This document shows positions 12,277-22,448 of a stretch of DNA of 64,000 nt, piece by piece. Numbering within the stretch: the first letter of the stretch is position 1; each line of letters begins with the position of its first letter. The notes below the pieces were generated by a model, which did not search any database, had not been told where the DNA came from, and worked only from the letters and a program-made list of their open reading frames with translations. The position numbers and the translations under genes are program-made. The stretch comes from Vicinamibacteria bacterium (GTDB taxonomy: Bacteria; Acidobacteriota; Vicinamibacteria; Marinacidobacterales; Marinacidobacteraceae): assembly GCA_963668695.2 (NCBI GenBank), contig CAXXLQ010000004.1, forward strand, positions 3,680,001 through 3,744,000, written 5' to 3'.

Positions 12277-13406
12277 TACACGTCACTGCGCAGGGAAAGC
12301 CTGCTCCGCAGCGTCTCCATGGTGACCACGCCAACGAAACGGCGGGCGTCGAGGACTGCCAGGGAACGCCGGCCCCCGGCAAAGAGATTCACCGCCCGGA
12401 TGGCCGCGTCCTCCGGGGCCAGAGTAGTGACCAGAATGTCGGTGCGCATGAGGTCGCCCGCAGTGAGCTGCTGCAATTCGTCGGACGACCGGCGATGCAG
12501 ATCCTCGACACGGACCGCACCCACGAGGTCCGCCTCGTCGAGCACCGGTATCTCGGTGTGCGGCGTTGCGAGCGCTACCAGTTCGATGCCGGAAACATGC
12601 CTCGGGACGGCGAGGATCCGGTAGTCGAGCAGGTGGGCCGCGGTTACCCCTTCAAGCGTCTTGGCGAGCCAGACCTGGCGTGTCACCTCGCGTGACGTCC
12701 GCCGCAAATGGAGCCCGATCAAGACAAACCAGCCGCCGAGCACCAGACGCACGGCGCCTCCCGCCGGCCCGCTGCCGCCAAAGAGCGCCAGCACCCCGAA
12801 TGCGACCATCAGAAGTCCGAAAGTGCCGCCGGTAGCCGCAACGGCCCGGGTAGCGGCCAGGGGCCGGTCCCAGACAATCCAAAGCGCGGCTCGCAGGATC
12901 CGGCCGCCATCCAGGGGAACGGCCGGAACCAGGTTGAAGGCCAGCAGCAGGCCGTTGATCAGCGCCAGGTTGTCCGCCACCGCGACAACCGAAGCCGGCG
13001 CCGCCGCGCCCAGTTGAGCGACCGCGAGAAACACCACCAGCAGAACCAGCGTCGCGAAAGGACCCGCAACGGCGATCCGAAGTTCGGCCCCCGCGCCGCC
13101 CGGATGCCCTTCCAGTTCGGTGGCCCCGCCGAACACCTTGAGAGTAATCCCGGACACCTTCTGCCCCGTTCGCGCCGCGACGGCGGCGTGGGCCAGCTCG
13201 TGGATCAGGACGGACCCGAGAATCAGCACGCTGGTCACCACTCCCAGTGCGGCGGCGCCCGCCGCCGAGACTCCGGGAACACCCCGGAAATAGAGAACCG
13301 CGAAGAGCGCCGATACGACGCTCGCGGTCAGCAACCAGGAAGAGTGGATCCGCACCGGAAAGGGCAGCCAGGGCCGGCGGGCTGTCCGCCGTCGCGGTCC
13401 GGTCAC
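12276..13406 (-). CDS. Site-2 protease (M50) with C-terminal CBS domains
   Basis: HELAH zinc motif, FNLVPAVPLDGGRILRA, and a CBS-like C-terminus. Confidence 0.88.
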   Translation of the reverse strand: MTGPRRRTARRPWLPFPVRIHSSWLLTASVVSALFAVLYFRGVPGVSAAGAAALGVVTSVLILGSVLIHELAHAAVAARTGQKVSGITLKVFGGATELEGHPGGAGAELRIAVAGPFATLVLLVVFLAVAQLGAAAPASVVAVADNLALINGLLLAFNLVPAVPLDGGRILRAALWIVWDRPLAATRAVAATGGTFGLLMVAFGVLALFGGSGPAGGAVRLVLGGWFVLIGLHLRRTSREVTRQVWLAKTLEGVTAAHLLDYRILAVPRHVSGIELVALATPHTEIPVLDEADLVGAVRVEDLHRRSSDELQQLTAGDLMRTDILVTTLAPEDAAIRAVNLFAGGRRSLAVLDARRFVGVVTMETLRSRLSLRSDV

Positions 13407-14908
13407 GGGTCCCTGCCCCCGGCTTCGGGCGCCGCTTCCTGGCCGCCACGCGACAGGATGAGCAACCGGTCTCCCGGACCGAGTTGATCATCGAGCCAGC
13501 CCCGATTGAGGAATTCCACCGCGCCCGGCGGGCCGTCGATTCTTCCCTCCGCGGCGAGACGGTCCAGGGCGTCGCGTACCGATCCGCTCCCGCCCACGGC
13601 CAGCGCGGTGATCCGGAACGGCCCCGGTACCGGGGTATCCCACAAGCGGTCGGCGCTCCCGAGCACCTCCAGAAAAAGAGCCTCGCAGGCGTCGAAGCGG
13701 CGGCGAGCACAATCGAGACTCACTTCGACAAGAGACGCTCTCGATCGAAACAGCGCGAGGAGGCCAGCGGGCTCTCCCCCGAGAGTCCCGGAGGCCGAAT
13801 CCGCCGGGAGGCTCGGCGCCCCCTCGCACAAACCCGCGGCAGCCGCCGGATTCTCCCCGGCCCGTTCCCTCGGCCCCTCGCTCGCCAGGGGCTGAACCCG
13901 ACTCCGGACGGCGGTGAACCCGCGGACCCGAAACGCCTCGACGAACGTCGCCTCCGCGCCGTGGCAATCCGCGGTCCTCCAGAGATGGGCCGCCAGGGCC
14001 GCGAGATGGGCCCGGTGGGCAGCCACCCCGGCGGCATCAACCCCGGCGGCATCAACCCCGGCGGCATCAACCCCTGTCGCGCTCGGCTGGGTAAGGCCCT
14101 GGGTTACCGGAATCTCCCGCACGGTCAGCCGCAGAGGTTCTCCCTTGCGGCTCGCGCGAAAAACCCCGCGCCCCACCGGCTCGAACGAGCTCTCGTCAGG
14201 CAGCGAGAGCCGGAAATCCGCCTGCGGCAGGAGCAGGCCCGACCCGTCCGCAACCCCGAACTCGGCGGGCTCCCCGAAGAGCAACCCATCGAGAAGATCG
14301 AACCAGCGGTCCCGACTCGTATCCGGGGCGGCAGCTTCGTCCGTTGGGCGTTCCGGATCGGGCTCCAGCGGCAGCACCAGCGGGAGCGGCTGCTCGACCA
14401 GGTTCCCCGCTGATGGGGACCGGAAGGCGCCGCTCGCAAAGGTTGCCGCGGCCGACCCGAACAGTTCGACGAGCGCCGGCTCGCCCGGCAAGGCGGCAAG
14501 CGCCCCCCGGGAAACGAAGACCGTCCGGTCGGCGAAGAGGAAGGCCTCCGGCTTCGCATCATCGAGGACGAGAAAGCGCCAGCCATCGTGGAGGGTCGTC
14601 TCCTCCCGGGCACCGGCGGCCAGCAGCGGGGCCTCCGCTATGGCCTCGAGACCGATCTCGGAAATGCGGGCGGCGAGCTCAGGGTCCCGAACGAGCGGCC
14701 GATGACCCTCGAATGCACCGCGGGCGCGCTCGGCGGCATGAATTGCCGCCGCGTCCGGCGGCATGGCGATGGGCGCCGACGTTGCCGCACAGCCCGCGGC
14801 AGCGAGGCTACCGAAAAACGCGAGAACCGAACGGAGGCTTAACAGCCTGTGTTGGAACCCGCGTGAGCGCCGAGGTCGGCGACGAAACGATTTGTGGGCG
14901 CGGGACAC
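13403..14908 (-). CDS. Lipoprotein resembling an M48 (BepA/YfgC-like) peptidase but lacking HExxH
   Basis: Lipobox AAGC and WRFLVLDDAKPEAFLFADRTVFVSRGALAAL, similar to the M48 pre-catalytic segment. The start is uncertain. Confidence 0.55.
   Translation of the reverse strand: MSRAHKSFRRRPRRSRGFQHRLLSLRSVLAFFGSLAAAGCAATSAPIAMPPDAAAIHAAERARGAFEGHRPLVRDPELAARISEIGLEAIAEAPLLAAGAREETTLHDGWRFLVLDDAKPEAFLFADRTVFVSRGALAALPGEPALVELFGSAAATFASGAFRSPSAGNLVEQPLPLVLPLEPDPERPTDEAAAPDTSRDRWFDLLDGLLFGEPAEFGVADGSGLLLPQADFRLSLPDESSFEPVGRGVFRASRKGEPLRLTVREIPVTQGLTQPSATGVDAAGVDAAGVDAAGVAAHRAHLAALAAHLWRTADCHGAEATFVEAFRVRGFTAVRSRVQPLASEGPRERAGENPAAAAGLCEGAPSLPADSASGTLGGEPAGLLALFRSRASLVEVSLDCARRRFDACEALFLEVLGSADRLWDTPVPGPFRITALAVGGSGSVRDALDRLAAEGRIDGPPGAVEFLNRGWLDDQLGPGDRLLILSRGGQEAAPEAGGRDP
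14842..14884. mobile_element. Truncated MITE end (one TIR)
   Basis: TA|ACAGCCTGTTGGAACCCGCGTGAGCGCCGAGGTCGG, after which homology stops. Confidence 0.7.
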
Positions 14909-14942
14909 GAATTCCGCGCCGCGGCGGTGACCGGAGGACCGG

Positions 14943-15200
14943 TCAGAGGTAGTAGTTCGTGTTGATGTCGCGGTAGTCCGCCCACTCATCCGGCAACTCT
15001 TCGTCGGGGAAGATGGCCGTCACCGGGCAGGCGGGCTCGCAAGCGCCGCAGTCGATGCACGTGTCGGGGTCGATGTAGAGCTGGGTGGCCTGCTCGAAGC
15101 CGTCCTCATCACTTGTGGGGTGGATGCAATCCACCGGACAAACATCCACGCAGGCAGTATCTTTGGTCCCGATACAGGGCTCAGCGATCCAGTAAGACAT
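14943..15200 (-). CDS. 7Fe ([3Fe-4S]/[4Fe-4S]) ferredoxin, FdxA-like
   Basis: CIGTKDTACVDVCPVDC..CIDCGACEPACP. Confidence 0.92.
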   Translation of the reverse strand: MSYWIAEPCIGTKDTACVDVCPVDCIHPTSDEDGFEQATQLYIDPDTCIDCGACEPACPVTAIFPDEELPDEWADYRDINTNYYL

Positions 15201-15262
15201 CGTAGGAAGCTGCCTCCTCAGACAGGCGCGAGAAGAATGTTTTCAGGGTGCCGGCCCCGGGA

Positions 15263-16756
15263 TCAGCCAAGTTCGAGAAGTCTCTGCGAGTACTCGGTGA
15301 CCCGATCCAAGGCACCCCAGAATAGTAGTCCAAAAAGGTTCGGCACCACCAGCACGACGAGCAGGCCGAGATCGAGCCGGCTGAAGACCAGCGGCGGTGT
15401 CGGTCCGGATTCCGGATCGATCACCATGGTCCGAAGAACCTTCACGTAGTAAAAGGCGGCCACCGCGGTGTTCAACACCCCGATGACCGCGAGCCAGCCA
15501 AGCCCGGCGTTGATCACCGCCGCGAACACGTACCACTTGGCCAGGAAGCCCGCGAAGGGAGGGATGCCCATCAGCGAGAACAGGAAGATTCCCATGGCGA
15601 CGGTCAGGAGCGGGGAGCGCTTCCAGAAGCCGGCATAGCTGCTGATCTCGAAGCTCCCGGTCACCCGGTGGGCGAGGATGACCACCAGGAAGGCTCCGAG
15701 ATTCATGAACAGGTAGATCGCGAGGTAGGCGACGATGGCCTGCACCCCTTCCACCGACAGCACGCACGCCGCCATCAACATGGTGCCCGCGTGGGCGATC
15801 GACGAATACGCGAGCAGCCGTTTCACGTTCGTCTGGAGCAGGGCCGCGACGTTGCCGAGGGTCATGGTGATGACCGCGAGGATCATCAGCAGCAACTGCC
15901 AGTCGGCGCCGCCCACCGGGGCAATCGCTCCCCCACCGGCCGGCTCGCCCATCCCGAGATAGAAGAAGCGAATGAGGATCGCGAAGCCGGCGGCCTTCGG
16001 GCCGACGGACAGGAAGGCGGTGACGGGCGTGGGGGCCCCGGTATACACGTCGGGACACCAGAAGTGGAACGGCGCGGCAGCGATCTTGAAGCCGATCCCG
16101 GCGGCGACCAGGATCACCACGAGCATGAGTCCCGGCCCGAAAGCACCTTCGGCGAGAGCGGCGCGCACCTCGTAGAGATCGAGGGTGCCGGTCATGCCGT
16201 AGAGAAGCGAGAGGCCGAACAGCATGGACCCCGTCGAGACCGCTCCGAACAGGATGTATTTGAGCGAAGCCTCGTTCGAGAGCCGATCCGAACTCAGGTA
16301 ACCCACCATGAGGTAGGAAGCCACGGAGACCGTCTCGAGCGAGAGGTAGATCATCACGAGGTTGACCGAGCCGGCCATCCACATGAGCGCCGCGGTGACG
16401 GTGATCAGCAGCGCGAGCATCTCGCCCATGCGAACTCCTTCGAGTTCACGGGACCGAACGCTCAGCAGCAGTACGACGATGGAAGCGATAACGAACACCA
16501 CCCGGAGCACCCGGAGCAGGCCATCGTCGGCGATCATCGACGCGAAGAGCGACTGGCTCTCGCCCGCCCCGAGGGCGGCCCATGACGCCACGAGGGCGGC
16601 GCCGAGACCCACCAGCGTGATGCCGGTGAGGAGATTTCGCCCCTCCTGGATCGGGCGCCGCTGGGTGACCAGGTCCGCCACGATCACGAGCGCGAGCGTC
16701 CCCATCAGGATCAGTTCGGGAACGAACCGGGAGAGGCTCTGAACCGCGTTTTCCAT
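15263..16756 (-). CDS. nuoN: NADH-quinone oxidoreductase subunit N
   Basis: Motifs EASLKYILFG, GFKIAAAPFHFWCPDVYTGAPTPVT and KRLLAYSSIAHAG. Confidence 0.93.
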   Translation of the reverse strand: MENAVQSLSRFVPELILMGTLALVIVADLVTQRRPIQEGRNLLTGITLVGLGAALVASWAALGAGESQSLFASMIADDGLLRVLRVVFVIASIVVLLLSVRSRELEGVRMGEMLALLITVTAALMWMAGSVNLVMIYLSLETVSVASYLMVGYLSSDRLSNEASLKYILFGAVSTGSMLFGLSLLYGMTGTLDLYEVRAALAEGAFGPGLMLVVILVAAGIGFKIAAAPFHFWCPDVYTGAPTPVTAFLSVGPKAAGFAILIRFFYLGMGEPAGGGAIAPVGGADWQLLLMILAVITMTLGNVAALLQTNVKRLLAYSSIAHAGTMLMAACVLSVEGVQAIVAYLAIYLFMNLGAFLVVILAHRVTGSFEISSYAGFWKRSPLLTVAMGIFLFSLMGIPPFAGFLAKWYVFAAVINAGLGWLAVIGVLNTAVAAFYYVKVLRTMVIDPESGPTPPLVFSRLDLGLLVVLVVPNLFGLLFWGALDRVTEYSQRLLELG

Positions 16757-16758
16757 CA

Positions 16759-16993
16759 GTAGCTCGTGGATGAAATGGCGTGAGCGCCGAGGTCGGTGAG
16801 GCGCCCGGCTGACAAGGCGCGCGAGGGAGGAGCCCCCACCGGGAGCACTGGCCCCGGCGTATTCCGACCGCAGCGGAACGATGAACGGAGCGAAGCGCCA
16901 GTTCTCCCGGTGGGGGGGCGGTTCAGCCGGAATGCATCGCCGGCCGAACGCCCACCGGGAGAACTGGGCCGCGTCATTTCATTCACGGGCTGC
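16759..16993. mobile_element. MITE copy between nuoK and nuoN, with 3 internal 18-mers
   Basis: TIRs CGTGGATGAAATG/CATTTCATTCACG plus the shared core. Confidence 0.85.
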
Positions 16994-16997
16994 TCCT

Positions 16998-17303
16998 CTA
17001 TCCCTTCAGCTCCGCCGCGTCGTCAAGGTTCACGTGCTTCACGACCCGGTAGAGCGACATCACGATCGCCAGCGCGACCGCCGCTTCGCAGGCGGCGATG
17101 ACGATCACCAGCAGCGCGAAGACCTGACCACCGAGCGCCCCCTCGACGAACCGCGAGAAGGCGACCAGATTGATGTTCGCGGAGTTGAAGATCAACTCGA
17201 TGGACATCAAAACGTTGACGGCGTTTCGCCGGGTGAGGACCCCGAAGACGCCGAGCGAGAAGAGCGCCGCCGAGATGTAGAGGTAGTGCTCGAGAGGGAT
17301 CAC
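16998..17303 (-). CDS. nuoK: NADH-quinone oxidoreductase subunit K
   Basis: RRNAVNVLMSIELIFNSANINLVAF..IAACEAAVALA. Confidence 0.95.
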   Translation of the reverse strand: MIPLEHYLYISAALFSLGVFGVLTRRNAVNVLMSIELIFNSANINLVAFSRFVEGALGGQVFALLVIVIAACEAAVALAIVMSLYRVVKHVNLDDAAELKG

Positions 17304-17306
17304 TTA

Positions 17307-17496
17307 GCGGTCCGTGGACGGGGTCAGGTGAGCGCCGAGACCGGTGAGGCCCAGTTCTCCCGGTGGGGGTCCGGCTGACAAGGCGCGATTTGGGAGGAAT
17401 ACCGAGCGTATTCCGACCGAATCGGAACGAAGAGCGTAGCGGTTCAGCCGGGATGCATCGCCGGTCGAACGCCGGCTGACCCCGTTCACGGGCCGC
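17307..17496. mobile_element. MITE copy between nuoJ and nuoK (supplies the nuoJ stop codon)
   Basis: TIRs CCGTGGACGGGGTCAG/CTGACCCCGTTCACGG; TA on the left flank. Confidence 0.85.
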
Positions 17497-17998
17497 TCCC
17501 CCTCCGGCGGCGGACCAGCATCGCCGCGCCCATGAGCGCGATCAGCAACAGGACCGACGCGATTTCGAAGGGGAGCAGGTAGTCGCCCACCAGCAGCCTT
17601 CCGATGGACTCGCTCGTCGGTCCCAGATCGCCCGAGTTCATGGCGCCCCAGTCCACCGAATTGATGATCCACACCAGCAGCGCGAAGACGAGCCCCGCGG
17701 ACAGCGCCCCCGGGACGACCTGAATCGTTCCGGAACTGATGTTCAGGTTGTAGATCCGGTTCGTCAGCATCACGCCGAAGAGCAGCAGGGTGAGGATGCC
17801 GCCGACGTAGATGAGCACCTGCGCGCCGGCGAGGAAGTCAGCGCCGAGATAGACGTAGAAGACGGCTATCCCGAAGAACGCCGCGACCAGCGCGAACGCG
17901 GAGTGCACGAGGTTCTTCCCGAGGACCACGTAGAGCGCGGACCCGAGCACGAGCGCAGCGACCCCGTAGAAGATCGCCGCCGCCGCCATGGATTCCAT
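17486..17998 (-). CDS. nuoJ: NADH-quinone oxidoreductase subunit J
   Basis: AQVLIYVGGILTLLLFGVML and YLLPFEIASVLLL. Confidence 0.93.
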   Translation of the reverse strand: MESMAAAAIFYGVAALVLGSALYVVLGKNLVHSAFALVAAFFGIAVFYVYLGADFLAGAQVLIYVGGILTLLLFGVMLTNRIYNLNISSGTIQVVPGALSAGLVFALLVWIINSVDWGAMNSGDLGPTSESIGRLLVGDYLLPFEIASVLLLIALMGAAMLVRRRRGSGP

Positions 17999-18013
17999 CG
18001 TCTTCCTGCTCTC

Positions 18014-18544
18014 TCAGGCGCGAGCGGCTCCTGCCGGTGGAGTAGCGGGCTCGATCGTCCTCGGCTCTTTCGCGAACCGGTAGAGCAGATCACCCTTGGT
18101 CTTGCCGCCGAACTCGTAGTTCGGCGTCATCAGGATGCAGTCCGTCGGGCACGGGAAGACGCAGAGCTGGCAGTAGCAGCACAGCGACATGTCGATGTCG
18201 AACTTCACCACCGTCTGCTTGATGGCCGTCCCGTCGGCCGCGAAGATCTTCGGTGCGTCCCGCGACCGCTTCTCGTTGTCGATGTGGATGCAGTCCACCG
18301 GGCAGGCGCGTTCGCACTGCTTGCAGCCGATGCAGTCCTCGATCTTCACGTGGAGCCGCATCCGCGACCGCTCCATCAACGACTCCTTCGGGATGTCGAG
18401 CGGAGACCGCCAGCGCTCCTCGGGAAGCTCGTCGCCGGTGTACTGCTGGGTCACCGAACGCGTGAACAGGTGCCGGAAGGTCACACTCATACCGATCAGC
18501 ACGGTGCTGACTGCTTCCCAAAGGTCCACAAAATAGCGCTTCAT
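18014..18544 (-). CDS. nuoI: NADH-quinone oxidoreductase subunit I
   Basis: [12 protein letters not shown] and [12 protein letters not shown]; position after nuoH. Confidence 0.92.
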   Translation of the reverse strand: MKRYFVDLWEAVSTVLIGMSVTFRHLFTRSVTQQYTGDELPEERWRSPLDIPKESLMERSRMRLHVKIEDCIGCKQCERACPVDCIHIDNEKRSRDAPKIFAADGTAIKQTVVKFDIDMSLCCYCQLCVFPCPTDCILMTPNYEFGGKTKGDLLYRFAKEPRTIEPATPPAGAARA

Positions 18545-18569
18545 ATCCTTTTCCCCTCCGGGGCCTTCC

Positions 18570-19721
18570 TCACGACAGACCCTTGATAACAGCCGTCACG
18601 ACCAGCAGAAAGAAAGAGATCGGGATCACGTACTTCCAGCAGATCCCCATCAGCTGATCCACGCGGAGGCGGGGCAAGGTCCAGCGGAGCCACATCTGAA
18701 CCACCACCAGCCCGAATCCCTTGAGGAAGAACAGCAGTGGGTTGGAGCCGAACGGGCCGATCCAACCGCCGAGAAAGAGCAGCGCCGCCAACATCGAAAC
18801 CAGCAGCATGTTTCCGTATTCGGCGAGAAAGAAGAACGCGAAACGCATCCCGCTGTACTCGGTATGGAATCCGGCCACCAGCTCCGATTCCGCTTCCGGG
18901 ATGTCGAAGGGCGTGCGGTTCGTCTCGGCGAGTCCGCAGATGAAGAACAGCACGAAGGCGATCAGATTCAGCGGGAAGAGCTGGAAGATCAGCCAGTCGC
19001 CGACGCCGAGGAAACCTCCCGCCTGGGCGGCCACGATGTCGGGGAGGTGGAGGCTACCGACCTGGGCTACGACCACCAGAACCAGGATCGCGGTCGGGAT
19101 CTCGTAGCTGACCATCTGGGCCGCGGCCCGCATGCCTCCGTAGAGCGCGTACTTGTTGTTCGAGCCCCAGCCGGCCATCAGCACCGCGAGCGCGCCCAGC
19201 GAAGTAATCGCGATGAAGTAGAGGACCCCGATGTTCAGGTTCGATACCGCGAGCACCACCCCGTCTTCGCGGACCCCCCAGGGAACGACCGTGAAGGCCG
19301 CGAACGCGCTCGCCACCGCGAGAACCGGAGCCAGCCCGAAGAGAACCCGGTCGGCGTCGCGGGGAACGAGGTCCTCCTTGAAGAGCAGCTTCAAGCCGTC
19401 GGCGAAGCTCTGGAGCAGCCCGTGCCACCCCACCCGCATGGGACCGAGCCGATCCTGGATGTGGGCCGCGACCTTCCGCTCGAGCCAGATCGAATAGATC
19501 GGGTTGAGCGCGAGGATGCCCACGAAACCCGCGGTGCCGAGAAGCACGACCACGAGGTGCTGCAGACCGGCCGGCACGAAATCCCCGACCAGTTCCGAAA
19601 CCATCGCGGCCAGCATCGGAAGCGCCGCGATCGTGCCGAGCACCACGAACACCAGCACGATCGGGATCAACGTGAGCGGCCCCATGAGCCGCATCTCGAT
19701 CTGGCGGAACCGGGTGATCAC
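18570..19721 (-). CDS. nuoH: NADH-quinone oxidoreductase subunit H
   Basis: [16 protein letters not shown] and [27 protein letters not shown]. Confidence 0.95.
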   Translation of the reverse strand: MITRFRQIEMRLMGPLTLIPIVLVFVVLGTIAALPMLAAMVSELVGDFVPAGLQHLVVVLLGTAGFVGILALNPIYSIWLERKVAAHIQDRLGPMRVGWHGLLQSFADGLKLLFKEDLVPRDADRVLFGLAPVLAVASAFAAFTVVPWGVREDGVVLAVSNLNIGVLYFIAITSLGALAVLMAGWGSNNKYALYGGMRAAAQMVSYEIPTAILVLVVVAQVGSLHLPDIVAAQAGGFLGVGDWLIFQLFPLNLIAFVLFFICGLAETNRTPFDIPEAESELVAGFHTEYSGMRFAFFFLAEYGNMLLVSMLAALLFLGGWIGPFGSNPLLFFLKGFGLVVVQMWLRWTLPRLRVDQLMGICWKYVIPISFFLLVVTAVIKGLS

Positions 19722-20935
19722 CGGTCGATCTCTCCGAGGACGATGTCCAGACTGCCGATGATCGCGATGATGTCGGCGATCATCTCGCCGCGGGTGATCT
19801 CGTGGAAGAGCCCCATCACGACGAAGCAGGGGGAGCGGCCCTTCACCCGGTAGGGGATGGGCTTCTTGTTTTCGGCAACGATGTAGAACGCGAGTTCGCC
19901 CCGGGGCGCCTCACTGCGGCAGTAGGCCTCCCCGGCCGCCGGCCGGATGAACCGCGGCACGTTCTCGTGGACGTCGCCCTCCGCAGGCAGCCGGTCGAGG
20001 GCCTGGCGCACGATCTTCACGCTCTCGTACATCTCCCGGACCCGCACGAAGTACCGGTCCCAGCAGGAACCGATGGGTCCGTGCTGGCCGGTTGCGGTGA
20101 TGACGTCGAAGTCGTATGCCTCATACCCCAGATAGGGGTCGTCCCGCCGGAGGTCCCAGGAGATCCCCGAGCCCCGGAGGTTCGGCCCCGAGAGGGCGTA
20201 GTCCCTCGCCATCTCGGGCGTGATGATGCCGACATCGGCGGTGCGGCGAATGAAGATCTTGTTGTGGCTGAGGAGGCTGTCCACCTCGTCGAGCACCGGG
20301 ACGAACTCATCGAGGAAGCGCCGGCTCTTGTCGATCCAGCCCTCGGGCAGATCGTGGGAAACGCCGCCAACCCAGTTGTAGTTGTAGAGCAGCCGGGCGC
20401 CGCAGAGCCATTCGAAAAGATCGAGGATCCGCTCGCGTTGCTGGAAGCAGAGCAGGAAGGGCGTGTAGGCGCCGATGTCCATCCCGTAGGTGCCCATCGC
20501 CAGCAGATGGCTCGCGATCCGCTGCAGTTCGGCGGTGATCACCCGGATCCCGGCGACCCGCTCCCCTACCCCGATGCCAATCAGCTTCTCCACGGTGAGC
20601 GCGTAGGCCAGGCTGTTCGTCATCGAGCCGACGTAGTCCATCCGGTCGGTGAAGGGGATGACGCCCTGATAGTCGATGTTCTCGGCGTGCTTTTCGAAGT
20701 TGCGGTGGAGGTAGCCGATGTGCGGCCGCGCGTCCTTGACGATCTCGCCGTCGGTCTTCAGTTCTACTCGCAGCACCCCGTGTGTCGAGGGGTGTTGCGG
20801 CCCCATGTTGAGGATCATTTCGTCCTCTTCGAGGTCCTCGGGGGAGAAGGCGTAGGAGTTGTCCGGCGGCAGTTCCTGGTCGTAGAGGGTGACGAGCGGG
20901 GCCCCGTCGAAGGGAGAACGATGCTCTGCCATCAC
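19718..20935 (-). CDS. nuoD: NADH-quinone oxidoreductase subunit D
   Basis: NMGPQHPSTHGVLR and C-terminal DIVLGEIDR; no NiFe CxxC motifs. Confidence 0.95.
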   Translation of the reverse strand: MMAEHRSPFDGAPLVTLYDQELPPDNSYAFSPEDLEEDEMILNMGPQHPSTHGVLRVELKTDGEIVKDARPHIGYLHRNFEKHAENIDYQGVIPFTDRMDYVGSMTNSLAYALTVEKLIGIGVGERVAGIRVITAELQRIASHLLAMGTYGMDIGAYTPFLLCFQQRERILDLFEWLCGARLLYNYNWVGGVSHDLPEGWIDKSRRFLDEFVPVLDEVDSLLSHNKIFIRRTADVGIITPEMARDYALSGPNLRGSGISWDLRRDDPYLGYEAYDFDVITATGQHGPIGSCWDRYFVRVREMYESVKIVRQALDRLPAEGDVHENVPRFIRPAAGEAYCRSEAPRGELAFYIVAENKKPIPYRVKGRSPCFVVMGLFHEITRGEMIADIIAIIGSLDIVLGEIDR

Positions 20936-20986
20936 GGGACCCGCTTCGGGAGTTTCACTGCCCTGTCGGGCAGCGATGCCGGCCTA

Positions 20987-21203
20987 GCAGCCTGTGGTGA
21001 AACCCAGGCGGCGTTCGAGCGGCGATGCATCCCGGCTGAACCGCCCCCCCACCGGGAGAACTGGCGCTTTGCGGCGCTCTGCGTTGCGTTTCGGTCGAAA
21101 TACACCAGGTATTCCTCCCTCACGCGCCTTGTCAGCCGGACCCCCACCGGGAGAACTGGGCCTCGCCGCTCTCGGCGCTCACCCGGGTTCCACCACAGGC
21201 TGC
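20987..21203. mobile_element. MITE copy with TA target duplication, inserted in a REP hairpin between nuoC and nuoD
   Basis: GCCGGCC-TA|GCAGCCTGTGGTGAAACCC..GGGTTCCACCACAGGCTGC|TA-AAGGCCGGC. Confidence 0.9.
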
Positions 21204-21245
21204 TAAAGGCCGGCGTTCCTACTTCGCTCATTGCGCCTGCGCCAC

Positions 21246-21797
21246 TCAGTCGAACGGGCCCACGCCCGTCATCTGACCGCCTTCGGCGCGGTCGGTCATC
21301 TGCCGCCCCGGCTTCACCGGGATCTTGTGCCAGGTCTCCGGCCACTCCCAGTCGCGGAGCAACGGGTGCCCGGGCCAGTCGGCCGGCAGCAGGATGCGCC
21401 GCAGGTCGCTGTGTCCATCGAAGCGGACACCGAAAAGGTCGTATGTCTCCCGCTCATGCCAGTTCGCGGCCTTCCACACCGTCTCCAGCGTGGGGAGACT
21501 CGCTCCCGCGCGTTCCACCCGGACCTTCAGCACGATCCAGTGCTTTTTCGTCAGCGAGGTGAGGTGATAGACCACCTCGATCGCCGGCGGATCGTCACCG
21601 GGCCAGTCCACACCCGAAACACAGTGGAGCGTGTCGAACTCGAGTTCCCCATCGCCCTTGAGAAACTCCGCGGCCCCCACCAGCTTGTCGCCGGCAAGGC
21701 GGATCCACGGATCTTTCGCTTCGGAATCGGACTCGAACGAACCCTCCGCGAGGCCAAGCTGAGCGACGAGCCGTTCGATGATCTCGGCACCGCTCAC
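21246..21797 (-). CDS. nuoC: NADH-quinone oxidoreductase subunit C
   Basis: [39 protein letters not shown]. Confidence 0.94.
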   Translation of the reverse strand: MSGAEIIERLVAQLGLAEGSFESDSEAKDPWIRLAGDKLVGAAEFLKGDGELEFDTLHCVSGVDWPGDDPPAIEVVYHLTSLTKKHWIVLKVRVERAGASLPTLETVWKAANWHERETYDLFGVRFDGHSDLRRILLPADWPGHPLLRDWEWPETWHKIPVKPGRQMTDRAEGGQMTGVGPFD

Positions 21798-22345
21798 CCG
21801 GCCATCTCCGCGGGCTGGCGCCCGGACGCCGCCACCACTCGACCCTCGCGCGGGTCATCGAGGATCGACCTCTCCCGGATCCGGTCCTGGAGCGCCATGA
21901 TCCCGTAGAGCAGGGCCTCCGGCCGGGGCGGACAACCCGGCACGTAGACGTCCACCGGGATGATCTGGTCCACGCCCTTCACCACGTGATAGCCGTACTG
22001 CCAGTAGGGCCCGCCGTTGTTGGCGCAACTGCCCATCGAGATCACGTACTTGGGCTCCGGCATCTGGTCGTAAAGCGTCTTGATGCGGATCGCCATCTTG
22101 TGGGTGACGGTGCCGGCGACGATCATGCAATCGGACTGCCGGGGGGTCGCCCGCGGGATCAGTCCGAGGCGGTCCCAGTCGAACCGGCTCGCTCCGGTCG
22201 CCATCATCTCGATGGCGCAACAGGCGAGACCGAAGGTCATCGGCCAGATCGCCGACAGCCGCGCCCAGTTGACGACGGCGCTCACCGTGGTGAGCGCGAT
22301 GTTGTCCCTGCCCAGGCTCTTGCCGAGGGCGCCGATCAGATCCAC
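21794..22345 (-). CDS. nuoB: NADH-quinone oxidoreductase subunit B
   Basis: [11 protein letters not shown] and [14 protein letters not shown]. Confidence 0.96.
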   Translation of the reverse strand: MDLIGALGKSLGRDNIALTTVSAVVNWARLSAIWPMTFGLACCAIEMMATGASRFDWDRLGLIPRATPRQSDCMIVAGTVTHKMAIRIKTLYDQMPEPKYVISMGSCANNGGPYWQYGYHVVKGVDQIIPVDVYVPGCPPRPEALLYGIMALQDRIRERSILDDPREGRVVAASGRQPAEMAG

Positions 22346-22448
22346 ATCAACTCCCGGTGCGAGCTACTGGAAAAGCCTCGGAAGCCATCCGATCCGCGAG
22401 GTGACATCCGGTTCCCTGAGAGCGCCCCACCGATCAACGCCGCAACCT

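Noticed and set aside
19718-22345. Group 4 NiFe hydrogenase instead of complex I
   Set aside because: The D subunit lacks the N- and C-terminal CxxC Ni ligands, and B has the tandem CC typical of NuoB.
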